Part shown: in pieces, positions 1 through 8,547 of the stretch
How the letters are laid out: the number at the start of each line of letters is the position of its first letter
Position numbering within the stretch: position 1 is the stretch's first letter
NCBI GenBank assembly: GCA_964453095.1
Contig: CAYVRE010000001.1
Span: 3,440-53,801 of the forward strand
Length of the DNA: 50,362 nucleotides
Direction: 5' to 3'
Source: an uncultured Candidatus Saccharibacteria bacterium
GTDB lineage: Bacteria; Patescibacteriota; Minisyncoccia; Minisyncoccales; Staskawiczbacteraceae
Program-made: the position numbers and the translations under genes
Notes under the pieces: generated by a model
Seen by the model: only the letters and a program-made list of their open reading frames with translations
The model's database searches: none
Told to the model about the DNA's origin: nothing

Positions 1-171
1 AGAGAAAAATTCAGGGATGATCTTGCCGGGGAAATATTCCTGCCGAAGATCGACCCTGAAGACAATAGATATTTTTTTAATGAAAGAAAAATTCCTTTCA
101 AAATATATTTTCAGGGAAAGAAAAAGCCCAAGGAGCTGATAGCAAAGGTTTTTAAGGCGCAGCCGTCATCT

Positions 172-1422
172 GTGCCGGATTATCTCAAATTTTTGGGCAT
201 GGAAAGCGCTTTTCTTCTGGGATACGGCAAAGAGGGTGAAATAACAAAGAAATATTTAAATGAAAATTTCTCAGGCCTGAAAGTAGAGATAGGGGACGTA
301 AAAGATAACCCGGATTATCTGGCCGAACAGGTAAAATATGATATAGCAGTAAGATCTCCGGGGGTTCCCAAAGAGTCTATAAAAATTCCCTACACTACGG
401 CGACAAATATATTTTTTTCATATATCCGCCAGTTTCCCCAGGTAAAAATAATCGGGATTACCGGCACCAAAGGTAAAAGCACGACGGCCTCTTTGATTTA
501 TCATATTTTGAAGCAAGCCGGAAAAAATGCCGAGCTTTTAGGGAATATCGGCAATCCCATGCTGGAAGCGCTTTTTAAAAAAATAAAGAAGGACACTATT
601 TTTGTTATAGAGCTTTCCAGTTATCAACTGGATGATATCAAATTTTCTCCCAATATTGCCGTGATAACAAGTTTATTCCCGGAACACATGGATTATCATC
701 GCGGCATAAAGAACTATTATGCAGCTAAGAAAAATATCATAAAATATCAGGAGAAAGAAGATATATTAGTCTTCAACCCTAGAAATAGTAAAATGGCTTT
801 GTGGGCAAAATCCGCAAGAGCGAAAACGATTCCTTTTGCAGGCAAAATACCCTTGGATGATTCTGAAATTAATCTGCCGGGCAAGCACAATAGAGAAAAT
901 ATAAAAGCGGCGATAGCAGTTGCGGGGGTGTTGGGCGTCTCGGAAGAAGATATAAAAAAGGCGGTTAAAACCTTTGAGGGGCTGTCGCACCGCCTCGAAT
1001 TTATCGGAGAATATTCCGGCATTAAATTTTATGACGACGCTATCTCCACGACCCCGGAATCAACCATACTTGCGATTAAATCATTGCCCAAAATTGGGAC
1101 TATTTTTCTTGGCGGCCAGGATAGGGGATACTCATTTTCTAAATTAGAGAAAACCATTAAAAAACATAAAATAAAGAACATTGTGCTTTTTCCGGACAGC
1201 GGAAGAAAAATTATCAAAGGAAAAAGGGGGATTAATATTCTGGAAACATCCAGTATGGAAGAGGCGGTTAAATTCGCATATAAACATACCGGTGGGGGAG
1301 AGATATGTCTTTTATCTTGCGCATCCCCCAGTTATTCTTTGTGGAAGAATTTTGAGGAAAAAGGAGACCAATTTAAGTTTTGGGTAAAATATATTTCTGA
1401 AAAACATGAAAAGCCGCTTTAA
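172..1422 (+). CDS. murD: UDP-N-acetylmuramoylalanine--D-glutamate ligase (MurD)
   Basis: 416-aa ORF with Mur-ligase P-loop GITGTKGKSTT. It sits in dcw order murD-ftsW-murG. The frame has no stop from nt 1, so the true start may lie upstream of the window; GTG172 and ATG199 are the in-window candidates. Confidence 0.9.
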   Translation: MPDYLKFLGMESAFLLGYGKEGEITKKYLNENFSGLKVEIGDVKDNPDYLAEQVKYDIAVRSPGVPKESIKIPYTTATNIFFSYIRQFPQVKIIGITGTKGKSTTASLIYHILKQAGKNAELLGNIGNPMLEALFKKIKKDTIFVIELSSYQLDDIKFSPNIAVITSLFPEHMDYHRGIKNYYAAKKNIIKYQEKEDILVFNPRNSKMALWAKSARAKTIPFAGKIPLDDSEINLPGKHNRENIKAAIAVAGVLGVSEEDIKKAVKTFEGLSHRLEFIGEYSGIKFYDDAISTTPESTILAIKSLPKIGTIFLGGQDRGYSFSKLEKTIKKHKIKNIVLFPDSGRKIIKGKRGINILETSSMEEAVKFAYKHTGGGEICLLSCASPSYSLWKNFEEKGDQFKFWVKYISEKHEKPL

Positions 1423-2533
1423 TTATTTTTTATTTTTTCTGGTAGTTTTCATGCTGGCTTTCAGTTTTTTGTTTTTAGCTTGCCTTTCTTCTTTGTCTTC
1501 CTTGCAGAAATTCGGCAATACTTATTATTATCTGACGCATCAGCTGGTTTTCGGACTCTTGCTCGGCCTTGTTCTCGGTACAATTGCTTATAAAATTCCT
1601 TTGGCATTTCTTAAAAAATGGGCTCCCTTATTTGTTATTATAAATTTGATAGTTTTGCTTTTTGTTTTTTTGCCGATGATGGGGGTAAAATTGTGGGGCG
1701 CCAGCCGGTGGATAAGCATAGGCGGTTTTTCCTTTCAACCGTCAGAATTTTTAAAAATTACCGCCATCCTATACCTGGCCGCCTGGATTTCCTCTAAACT
1801 TTCGGATAATTCGGCCTCGGGCTGGAAATCCGTTGCTGAAAAAGGTTATCATAATCTAATATACGCATTTTTACCTTTCCTGGTTTTTTTAGGAGTTATT
1901 TCGATAATCTTGATTTTACAGCCGGATCTCAGTACGTTGGGAATAATCGGGCTTACTCTGCTGGTGATGTATTTCTCAGTTAAGACGCCTCTCTGGCATA
2001 CGCTTTCAATAGTCGCCGCGGCATTAGGAGGTTTATTGTTTTTAGTGAAATATGAATCCTACCGCCTGGACCGCTGGCTGATATTTTTGCATCCGGAATC
2101 AGATCCTTTGGGCAAGGGATTTCAAATACGCCAATCATTGATTTCATTGGGATCCGGGGGGTTCTTTGGCAAGGGCCTCGGCATGTCTACTCAAAAATTC
2201 GGCTATCTGCCCCAGGCCATGACAGATTCTATTTTTGCAGTGATGGGCGAGGAACTGGGAATACTCGGCTGCGCAATATTGATCGGTTTGTTCATCTTAT
2301 TTTTCTGGCTGGGTATTAATATTGCCAGGAATTCCAACGACAGATTTTCAAAATTAACAGCTGTAGGTATTGTTTTTTGGATAACTTTTCAGGCCTTTAT
2401 AAACATAGCGTCGATTATAGGAATCTTTCCTATCTCCGGAGTTCCATTGCCATTTTTCAGCTACGGCGGTTCGCATTTGGCAATAGAATTAATCGGCGTA
2501 GGGCTATTGTTTAATATTTCAAAAAATTCTTAA
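1406..2533 (+). CDS. ftsW: SEDS-family peptidoglycan polymerase/lipid II flippase FtsW/RodA
   Basis: 375-aa polytopic membrane ORF with SEDS-like motifs (FQPSEFLKI, PLPFFSYGGS). It overlaps murD by 17 nt and lies between murD and murG. Confidence 0.9.
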   Translation: MKSRFNYFLFFLVVFMLAFSFLFLACLSSLSSLQKFGNTYYYLTHQLVFGLLLGLVLGTIAYKIPLAFLKKWAPLFVIINLIVLLFVFLPMMGVKLWGASRWISIGGFSFQPSEFLKITAILYLAAWISSKLSDNSASGWKSVAEKGYHNLIYAFLPFLVFLGVISIILILQPDLSTLGIIGLTLLVMYFSVKTPLWHTLSIVAAALGGLLFLVKYESYRLDRWLIFLHPESDPLGKGFQIRQSLISLGSGGFFGKGLGMSTQKFGYLPQAMTDSIFAVMGEELGILGCAILIGLFILFFWLGINIARNSNDRFSKLTAVGIVFWITFQAFINIASIIGIFPISGVPLPFFSYGGSHLAIELIGVGLLFNISKNS

Positions 2534-2542
2534 TATATAACT

Positions 2543-3658
2543 ATGAAAATATTATTTACCGGCGGGGGGACGGGCGGACATGTTTTCCCCATAGTCGCTA
2601 TCGTAAGGGAAATAAGGAGGATTTATACTAAAAAGGATTTGGAGCTTTATTATCTCGGCCCCAAGGATGAATACGGGTTGATTTTGCTGTCCCAGGAAGA
2701 TTTTATCATAAAAACAATTATCTCAGGAAAAATCAGGAGGTATTTTTCGTGGCAGAATATTATAGACATTGTGTTTAAGATTCCTTTCGGATTTGTACAG
2801 AGTTTTTTTATGCTTATTAAAATCAGGCCCGATTTAGTTTTCAGCAAAGGCGGTTCCGGCTCTGTCTCTGTGACATATTCAGCCAGATTTTTAAGAATAC
2901 CTGTGTTTCTGCACGAATCAGATGTGGCGCCGGGGCTTTCCAACCAGATTACTTCCAAGTGGGCTAAAAAGATTTTTGTATCTTTTCCTAAAACAGAATA
3001 TTTCGACCCAGGAAAAACAACCTTAACCGGCAATCCCATAAGAAACGAACTTCTTGATGGAGAGGTTAAAATTGCAGAAGAGTTTTTCGGCCTAACTCTT
3101 TCAAAGCCCGTTTTTTTATTCTTGGGCGGATCTCAGGGCGCCGAGGCCATTAACGATTTCGTTTTGCGAATACTCAATGATTTATTAAAGGATTACGAAA
3201 TAATTCACGTGGCCGGCAGAGAAAATATCAAAGAGATAGAAGGGGAGGCGCAGGTAGTAATGGATAAAGATTTGAGAAAATATTATCATCCCGTCGGATT
3301 TTTGGATGAAGAAAAAATTAAGCAGGCCTACAAGGCATCCGATTTTATAATCTCCCGAGCAGGCTCTGGCTCTATCTTTGAAATTGCCGCCTGTGGCAAG
3401 CCCAGCATTCTAATTCCTTTGTCGTCTGCGGCAAGCAATCATCAGGCAAAAAATGCCTATGCCTATGCCGCCACTGGGGCCGGTTTGGTAATCGAGCAGG
3501 ATAATTTAACTCCCAATTTCTTTTTAGAAAAGATTCGGCTGTTATTTCTTCTCCCGGAAAAATTAGAAGAAATGAAGCAAGCAGCTTTAGGATTTGCAAA
3601 ACCAATGGCGGCCAGGGCGATCGCCAGAGAAATTTTGGAATTTTTAATGCTTAACTAA
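2543..3658 (+). CDS. murG: Undecaprenyl-PP-MurNAc-pentapeptide GlcNAc transferase (MurG)
   Basis: N-terminal GGGTGGHVFP motif, 371 aa, dcw context. Confidence 0.9.
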   Translation: MKILFTGGGTGGHVFPIVAIVREIRRIYTKKDLELYYLGPKDEYGLILLSQEDFIIKTIISGKIRRYFSWQNIIDIVFKIPFGFVQSFFMLIKIRPDLVFSKGGSGSVSVTYSARFLRIPVFLHESDVAPGLSNQITSKWAKKIFVSFPKTEYFDPGKTTLTGNPIRNELLDGEVKIAEEFFGLTLSKPVFLFLGGSQGAEAINDFVLRILNDLLKDYEIIHVAGRENIKEIEGEAQVVMDKDLRKYYHPVGFLDEEKIKQAYKASDFIISRAGSGSIFEIAACGKPSILIPLSSAASNHQAKNAYAYAATGAGLVIEQDNLTPNFFLEKIRLLFLLPEKLEEMKQAALGFAKPMAARAIAREILEFLMLN

Positions 3659-3661
3659 TTT

Positions 3662-5167
3662 ATGATAAAAAAACAAAACTCAAAGAGTCTGCCGAAAAAA
3701 ATAAGGGCGAGGTTTGCTCCGTCGCCGACAGGCCCCTTGCATGTCGGCGGCGCTCGAACCGCTTTATTCAATTACCTTTTTGCAAAAAAGAACAAAGGCC
3801 AGTTTATTTTACGCATTGAGGACACCGACGTAGAAAGGTCGGAACAGAAACGGGTGCAGGAGATTATAGATGAGTTGAAGTGGCTGGGGATAGCTTGGGA
3901 TGAAGGCCCGGATATCGGCGGAGGGTTTGGACCGTATAAACAATCGCAGAGATTGGATATCTATAAAGGATATCTAAAAAAGCTTTTAGACCAGAACAAA
4001 GCATATTATTGTTTTTGCACGGAAGAAGAGCTGGAAAACGGACGCCAGGAGCAGATGGCTAGGGGAGTGGCTCCTAGATATAGCGGCAAATGCGCCAATC
4101 TGCCGAGCGAGGTTGTCAAAAAAAACCTGGCAGAAGGCAAGCCGTCGGTAATAAGATTCAGGGTTGAGAATAAAAAAGTTAAATTTGACGACCTTATCCG
4201 CGGAAGCGTGGAGTTTGACGCAGGACTTCTGGGAGACGTGGTGATTGCCAAAAACTTTAATACCCCTCTATATCATTTTGCGGTTGTGGTTGATGATTAT
4301 GAAATGCAGATAAGCCATGTTATCAGGGGCGAGGAGCACTTATCTAACACTCCAAGGCAGATTCTTCTGCAAAAGGCCTTGGGGTTTGATACGCCGGTCT
4401 ATGCCCACTTGCCCTTGATGCTAAACCCGGACCGGAGCAAGCTTTCTAAGCGCCACGGGGATGTGGCTTTGGCAGATTATCATAAGCAGGGTTATCTGCC
4501 GGACGCCTTGGTTAATTTTATGGTTCTTCTCGGCTGGAACCCGGGAACGGAGAAAGAGATATTTTCTCTTTCTCAGCTGGTTAAAGAGTTTTCCATAGAA
4601 AAAGTGCAAAAAGCCGGAGCTATTTTTAACACGCAGAGGCTAGATTTCTTAAACGGCCTATATATCCGCGAAAAACCGATAGAAAAGCTAACGGAACTTT
4701 GCAGTCCATACCTTAAAGAGGCGGGACTTCTGGTGATAGGCCAGGTATCGCAGAATAAACTGCAAAAAATTGTTGAAGTTTCAAGAACCAGAATGAAAAG
4801 AGTTCCAGAAATTATTGAGTTCTCAGAATATTTTTTCAGAGATATTTTAAATTACGATAAAGATTTGCTCAAATGGCAGAAGATGGGGGAGCGGGAGGTA
4901 GAAGAGTCGCTTTCTGAATCAAAAAAGATATTGACCGGAGTTAAAAAATGGAGCCTGAAAAATTTAGAAAAAGAATTATTCTCCGCTATTGAAAAATTTA
5001 ATTCAGAGAAAGGATACCCGGAAAAAAACAAGGGCTACTTGCTCTGGCCGCTAAGAGTGGCCTTATCCGGCAAGGAGGCATCAGCCAGCCCATTTGAAAT
5101 AGCTGACATCTTGGGCAAGGAAGAAACCTTGCGGAGGATAGAGCAGGCGATAAAAGCGCTCGCCTAG
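3662..5167 (+). CDS. gltX: Glutamyl-tRNA synthetase
   Basis: Class I aaRS signatures: RFAPSPTGPLHVGGARTALFNY (HIGH region) and KLSKR (KMSKS). Confidence 0.95.
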   Translation: MIKKQNSKSLPKKIRARFAPSPTGPLHVGGARTALFNYLFAKKNKGQFILRIEDTDVERSEQKRVQEIIDELKWLGIAWDEGPDIGGGFGPYKQSQRLDIYKGYLKKLLDQNKAYYCFCTEEELENGRQEQMARGVAPRYSGKCANLPSEVVKKNLAEGKPSVIRFRVENKKVKFDDLIRGSVEFDAGLLGDVVIAKNFNTPLYHFAVVVDDYEMQISHVIRGEEHLSNTPRQILLQKALGFDTPVYAHLPLMLNPDRSKLSKRHGDVALADYHKQGYLPDALVNFMVLLGWNPGTEKEIFSLSQLVKEFSIEKVQKAGAIFNTQRLDFLNGLYIREKPIEKLTELCSPYLKEAGLLVIGQVSQNKLQKIVEVSRTRMKRVPEIIEFSEYFFRDILNYDKDLLKWQKMGEREVEESLSESKKILTGVKKWSLKNLEKELFSAIEKFNSEKGYPEKNKGYLLWPLRVALSGKEASASPFEIADILGKEETLRRIEQAIKALA

Positions 5168-5170
5168 TTC

Positions 5171-5182
5171 TATTGTGCGACA
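5171..5182 (-). repeat. Copy A of 12-mer TGTCGCACAATA (reads TATTGTGCGACA on +)
   Basis: Exact 12-mer located 3 nt after the gltX stop and 33 nt before the ATG at 5215. The same word recurs at 8534, 43641 and 44201, with an 11/12 match at 7910. Confidence 0.8.
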
Positions 5183-5214
5183 CTTTGCCGGAATAAAATA
5201 AATAAGATTATCAT

Positions 5215-5598
5215 ATGAAAAAAAGATTGGTTGTATATATTGTAATAGTTTTTGTTATATTGGCTGCGATTTTTTTGAGCCGGCAACCGGCTGTCAGTGA
5301 GTTGGGGGAAGCCTTGTTTTTACCGGTAGCTAATATGGCCCAAGACTACCTTAAAAAGGGTTCCAATTGGGTTAACGATACTGTCTACTCTAAGATAGGT
5401 GGGGAAGTGGAGAAGAGGGGAGATATGATTCAGGAAGGAATCAATGCGGAAAAAGAAAAAGTTTCTCAGACAATCGGAGAAAAAATAAAAGAATATTTTT
5501 CCGGAGTGGTGGACAGCGTATTTAATCCCGGAAAAGTTCAGCAGGCGCAGCAATGCCCGCAAGTTTGCCCAACAGCCGAGCCTCAGGCCCAGCCCTGA
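5215..5598 (+). CDS. Hypothetical membrane-anchored protein
   Basis: 127-aa ORF with an N-terminal TM helix (VVYIVIVFVILAAIFL) and a Q/P-rich tail. No family recognised. Confidence 0.5.
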   Translation: MKKRLVVYIVIVFVILAAIFLSRQPAVSELGEALFLPVANMAQDYLKKGSNWVNDTVYSKIGGEVEKRGDMIQEGINAEKEKVSQTIGEKIKEYFSGVVDSVFNPGKVQQAQQCPQVCPTAEPQAQP

Positions 5599-5610
5599 CC
5601 CTTTAAGGGG

Positions 5611-5640
5611 TTGACAGGGCCTTAGGGGATGGCTTATTAT
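5611..5640 (+). promoter_or_regulatory. Candidate sigma70-type promoter for the xer gene
   Basis: TTGACA (5611-5616), 18-nt spacer, TATTAT (5635-5640), about 60 nt upstream of ATG 5702. Confidence 0.4.
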
Positions 5641-5701
5641 AGATATAGTATATGTCGTAAAATGTTAGTAAAGAGACTTCTTTAATACAATAAGCCAATA
5701 C

Positions 5702-7901
5702 ATGGAACAATCAAACACGCCGTTGATAAAACACATAAATGACTTTTTAGATTATTGCGACGTAGAAAAAGGATTGCGCAATAATACTCAGAAGAATTAC
5801 CAGGAATATTTAAACAAATTCTTTGGGTGGTTAAAATATAAGAATTTAGAGGGCCTGCTCCCCCACCAATTGACCCCAGAGCAGATTTGGGAGTATAGAT
5901 TATACCTCTCTCGCTATCAAAACCCCAAAACAGGCAAATCCCTTAAAAAGACCACCCAGAACTACTATTTGATCGCTTTAAGGGCGTTTTTAGCCTATTT
6001 TATAGCCAAAGACATAGTTTCACTGCCACCAGGCAAAGTAACCCTTCCTAAGCCCGATAAAAGCGTTAAAACCGTCAAATTCCTTAATATAGAGCAGGTT
6101 GAGAAGCTTTTGATAGCTGCCGAGCCAAAAGACGATATTAGGCTAAGGGATAGGGCTATTTTAGAGACCTTATTCTCAACCGGGCTTAGAATCGCAGAGT
6201 TAGTAGCACTTAATACCGAACAGTTCGCGAATATAAAAAACAAGAAAGATTTTGAGCTAGGAGTTATCGGAAAAGGAGGCAATCCTAGAACAGTCTATTT
6301 CTCAGAAAGGGCTTTAGAATGGATTAAAAAATATTTAGCAACTAGAAAAGACAAAGAAAAGCCTTTATTTTTGAATGCCGGTGGCAGAAAAGATGCTGAC
6401 AGGCGCCTTACTGCGCGCTCTATTGAAAGGATCGTTAAAAAGTATGCTATATTAGCTGGTATCCCTATTTTTACAACTCCTCACACGTTAAGACATTGCC
6501 TCCATCCTTCAACCCGTATTGCCTCTACGGAGAAAATATTATCCGCCCGAGAATTATTTTTCGCAACTTCCCCGTCGCTCATTTCACTAGACCTGCAAAA
6601 GCTTAAAATAAAAAAATCTGTTGTAACTAGTAAAAGTTATCACATCGCCTCGCTTTGCTCGATTTGGGCTGACGGTTATAACTTGGTTTGTTCACCACTT
6701 CATAGAGTTTTTACACTTGGACCAGAAGGAGTAACAGAAATTAAGGTTAAGGAATTAAAACTTGGAGACTACATAATGGGGGTAAAAGAAATTGATTTTG
6801 TCGGGAAAAACTATTTAAACCCTCGCCTGTGGCGTTTGATTGGTTATGTACTAGGAGACGGTACTGTGAGCGAAAGACGAAGAGCAGTGATATTACACGA
6901 TAAAGATATAAACTTTCTAAAATTTTACCAGAATCTAGCTAGAGAATTATTGTGTCTTAACCCAAAGATAGAAAAAGTAAAAAATATAAATTCGTACAAA
7001 TTGACTATATACGATCAAGAACTAGTAAAGTTTTTCCAAGAAATTAAAATTAAGGAGAGGGCTAATATTGCCAGGATTCCATCCAGGCTTTTAGGGGCTA
7101 CTAAAGAAGAGGTGTCCCAATTTATAGCCGGATTTTATGACGCCGAAGGAAATAGCGGGACAATTAGATTTTTTTCCTCGAGCGTTGAGTTATTAAAGGA
7201 CATGCAAATTTGTCTTTTACGTTTTGGCATAGATTCGCATATAAATAAAAGAACGCGAACCGTAATGCTTCCTCAAAAAAGAGAGTTTACTCATGATTTT
7301 TTTACTCTTCATATTCTACACCAGCCAGATCAAAAGCGGTTTATAAAAGAAATACCCACCCTAAAAACCAAAAAATTAATAATTAGCAATGATTACATAG
7401 GAGACAAGATTCCAGTCAATAAAATTCTCTACAAAATAAGAAAAGAATATAATTTGGATTGATTCGTTGAGACAATTCGGAATTAATGACTTGTACAGAT
7501 ATACACGTAATGATATGATTCCTGTAAAAAACACTGTGAATAAAATTATTTTGCAACTAAAGAAAAAAGGATACAATTCATATTTATTGGGTATCCTCAA
7601 AAATATAGCCAATAACGACGAGGCCAAATGGTTAAGAGTAAAAGAAAAAAAACAACTACCTTTTGGAAGATACTCCACTTTTGATTTTGGTGCTACCCAT
7701 CACAACCTTATAACGGATGGTATTGTAAGCCATAATTCCTACGCTACCGACCTTCTTACTCAGGGCGTTGATTTGCGTTCAATCCAAGAATTTCTAGGGC
7801 ATAGAAGCATAATGACCACCCAGATATATACCCACGTAACAAACAAGCGCTTGCGTGATATACACCGTCAGTTCCATAGTGGAAAAGATTTAAAGGAGTA
7901 A
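5702..7901 (+). CDS. Tyrosine recombinase, XerC/XerD family, intein-containing, with reading frame broken once (ORFs 5702-7462 and 7467-7901)
   Basis: N-extein carries the SAM-like N-domain, TGLRIAEL (box I Arg) and HTLRH. C-extein reads [34 protein letters not shown] (catalytic Tyr). The two ORFs are in different frames, and both frames are open only in 7440-7462. Confidence 0.8.
6497..7736 (+). mobile_element. Intein (Hint splicing blocks plus double-motif LAGLIDADG homing endonuclease) in the Xer active site
   Basis: Starts with Cys (TGC 6497) directly after HTLRH. Block A is CLHPSTRI and a block B-like SPLH is present. LAGLIDADG motifs are [11 protein letters not shown] and [10 protein letters not shown]. 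It ends ...ITDGIVSHN (7736), followed by +1 Ser. Length is 1240 nt, i.e. 413 codons plus 1 nt. Confidence 0.8.
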
Positions 7902-7908
7902 TCTAAAC

Positions 7909-7937
7909 TTGTCGCACAATTAAATGTTTGGTATAAT
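7909..7937 (+). promoter_or_regulatory. Candidate promoter for the free-standing LAGLIDADG gene; contains 12-mer copy B (7910-7921, TGTCGCACAATT)
   Basis: TTGTCG (7909-7914), 17-nt spacer, extended -10 TGgTATAAT (7929-7937), 25 nt before ATG 7962. Confidence 0.45.
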
Positions 7938-7961
7938 AAAATATATTATCAAAAAATATTT

Positions 7962-8459
7962 ATGGCAATAAAAAAAGATATTAATATAGCAGCTTTGGTA
8001 AACAACGACGGATGCTTTGATCTGCAGTTCCGCAAAGATACCAGGCACGAAAGAACCAATTCCCCCACTTATTACAGATGGAAGGTTCAGTTTGTGGTGA
8101 CCGGCCCCAAGGCCAATGCCAAGATGCTGGAAAAGATAAAGGATGAAATGGGCTGTGGCGAGGTTTGCATCACAAAAGACCAGGCAAGGTTTTCGGTGCA
8201 GAAGATTGATGATATCTCCGGAACAGTCGTGCCCTTTTTCCGGAAAAATACGCTGGCTGAAAAAAAGAAGAAGGATTTTGAGCTCTGGGCCAAAAGCGTT
8301 GAGATAATTCAAAGAAATAAAGGAAAATATTTAACTGCTTGGAAAAAAAACGACCTGTGTTCTCTTATAGAAATCCAAAAGTCATCTGCTAAATATAAGA
8401 ACAGGCCGAGGCAGCCCAAGTGGCTGGAAATGGCGCAAGCTCTGTCAAAGACATCTTAA
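7962..8459 (+). CDS. Free-standing single-motif LAGLIDADG homing endonuclease
   Basis: 165 aa. N-terminal IAALVNNDGCF matches the LAGLIDADG helix. The downstream pattern (FSVQKIDDISGTVVPFFRKNTLAEKKKKDFELWAKSVEII) is typical of intron-type LAGLIDADG_1 enzymes. Confidence 0.6.
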   Translation: MAIKKDINIAALVNNDGCFDLQFRKDTRHERTNSPTYYRWKVQFVVTGPKANAKMLEKIKDEMGCGEVCITKDQARFSVQKIDDISGTVVPFFRKNTLAEKKKKDFELWAKSVEIIQRNKGKYLTAWKKNDLCSLIEIQKSSAKYKNRPRQPKWLEMAQALSKTS

Positions 8460-8475
8460 GATATATATAAAAAAA

Positions 8476-8498
8476 GACAGCAAAAATGCTGTTTTTTG
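8476..8498 (+). terminator. Rho-independent terminator after the LAGLIDADG gene
   Basis: Stem GACAGCA / TGCTGTT (terminal G-U wobble) with loop AAAA, followed by a T-run that starts inside the 3' arm. Confidence 0.6.
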
Positions 8499-8533
8499 AT
8501 ACTCTCCCCCCACCCTGTTGTGTCGCCTATTTT

Positions 8534-8545
8534 TGTCGCACAATA
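8534..8545 (+). repeat. Copy C of 12-mer TGTCGCACAATA
   Basis: Exact 12-mer lying 2 nt beyond the uppS stop (8548-8550). Read in the uppS direction, it has the same orientation as copy A has relative to gltX. Confidence 0.8.
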
Positions 8546-8547
8546 AA

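Noticed and set aside
5599-5701. A dif-like Xer recombination site adjacent to the xer gene (as in XerS/difSL systems); also looked at 7902-7961 and 8460-8547
   Set aside because: I found no 28-31 bp imperfect palindrome with two ~11-bp arms around a 6-8 bp centre. Only single copies of the 12-mer and short AT-rich palindromes are present.
7440-7467. Naturally split intein or programmed frameshift at the break between the two xer ORFs
   Set aside because: The break lies after the endonuclease domain rather than at the usual split site. The second ORF would need a TTG start with no SD. A single-A deletion in an A4 run restores a smooth reading frame. A homopolymer error or a recent mutation is the simpler explanation, though reads are needed to decide.
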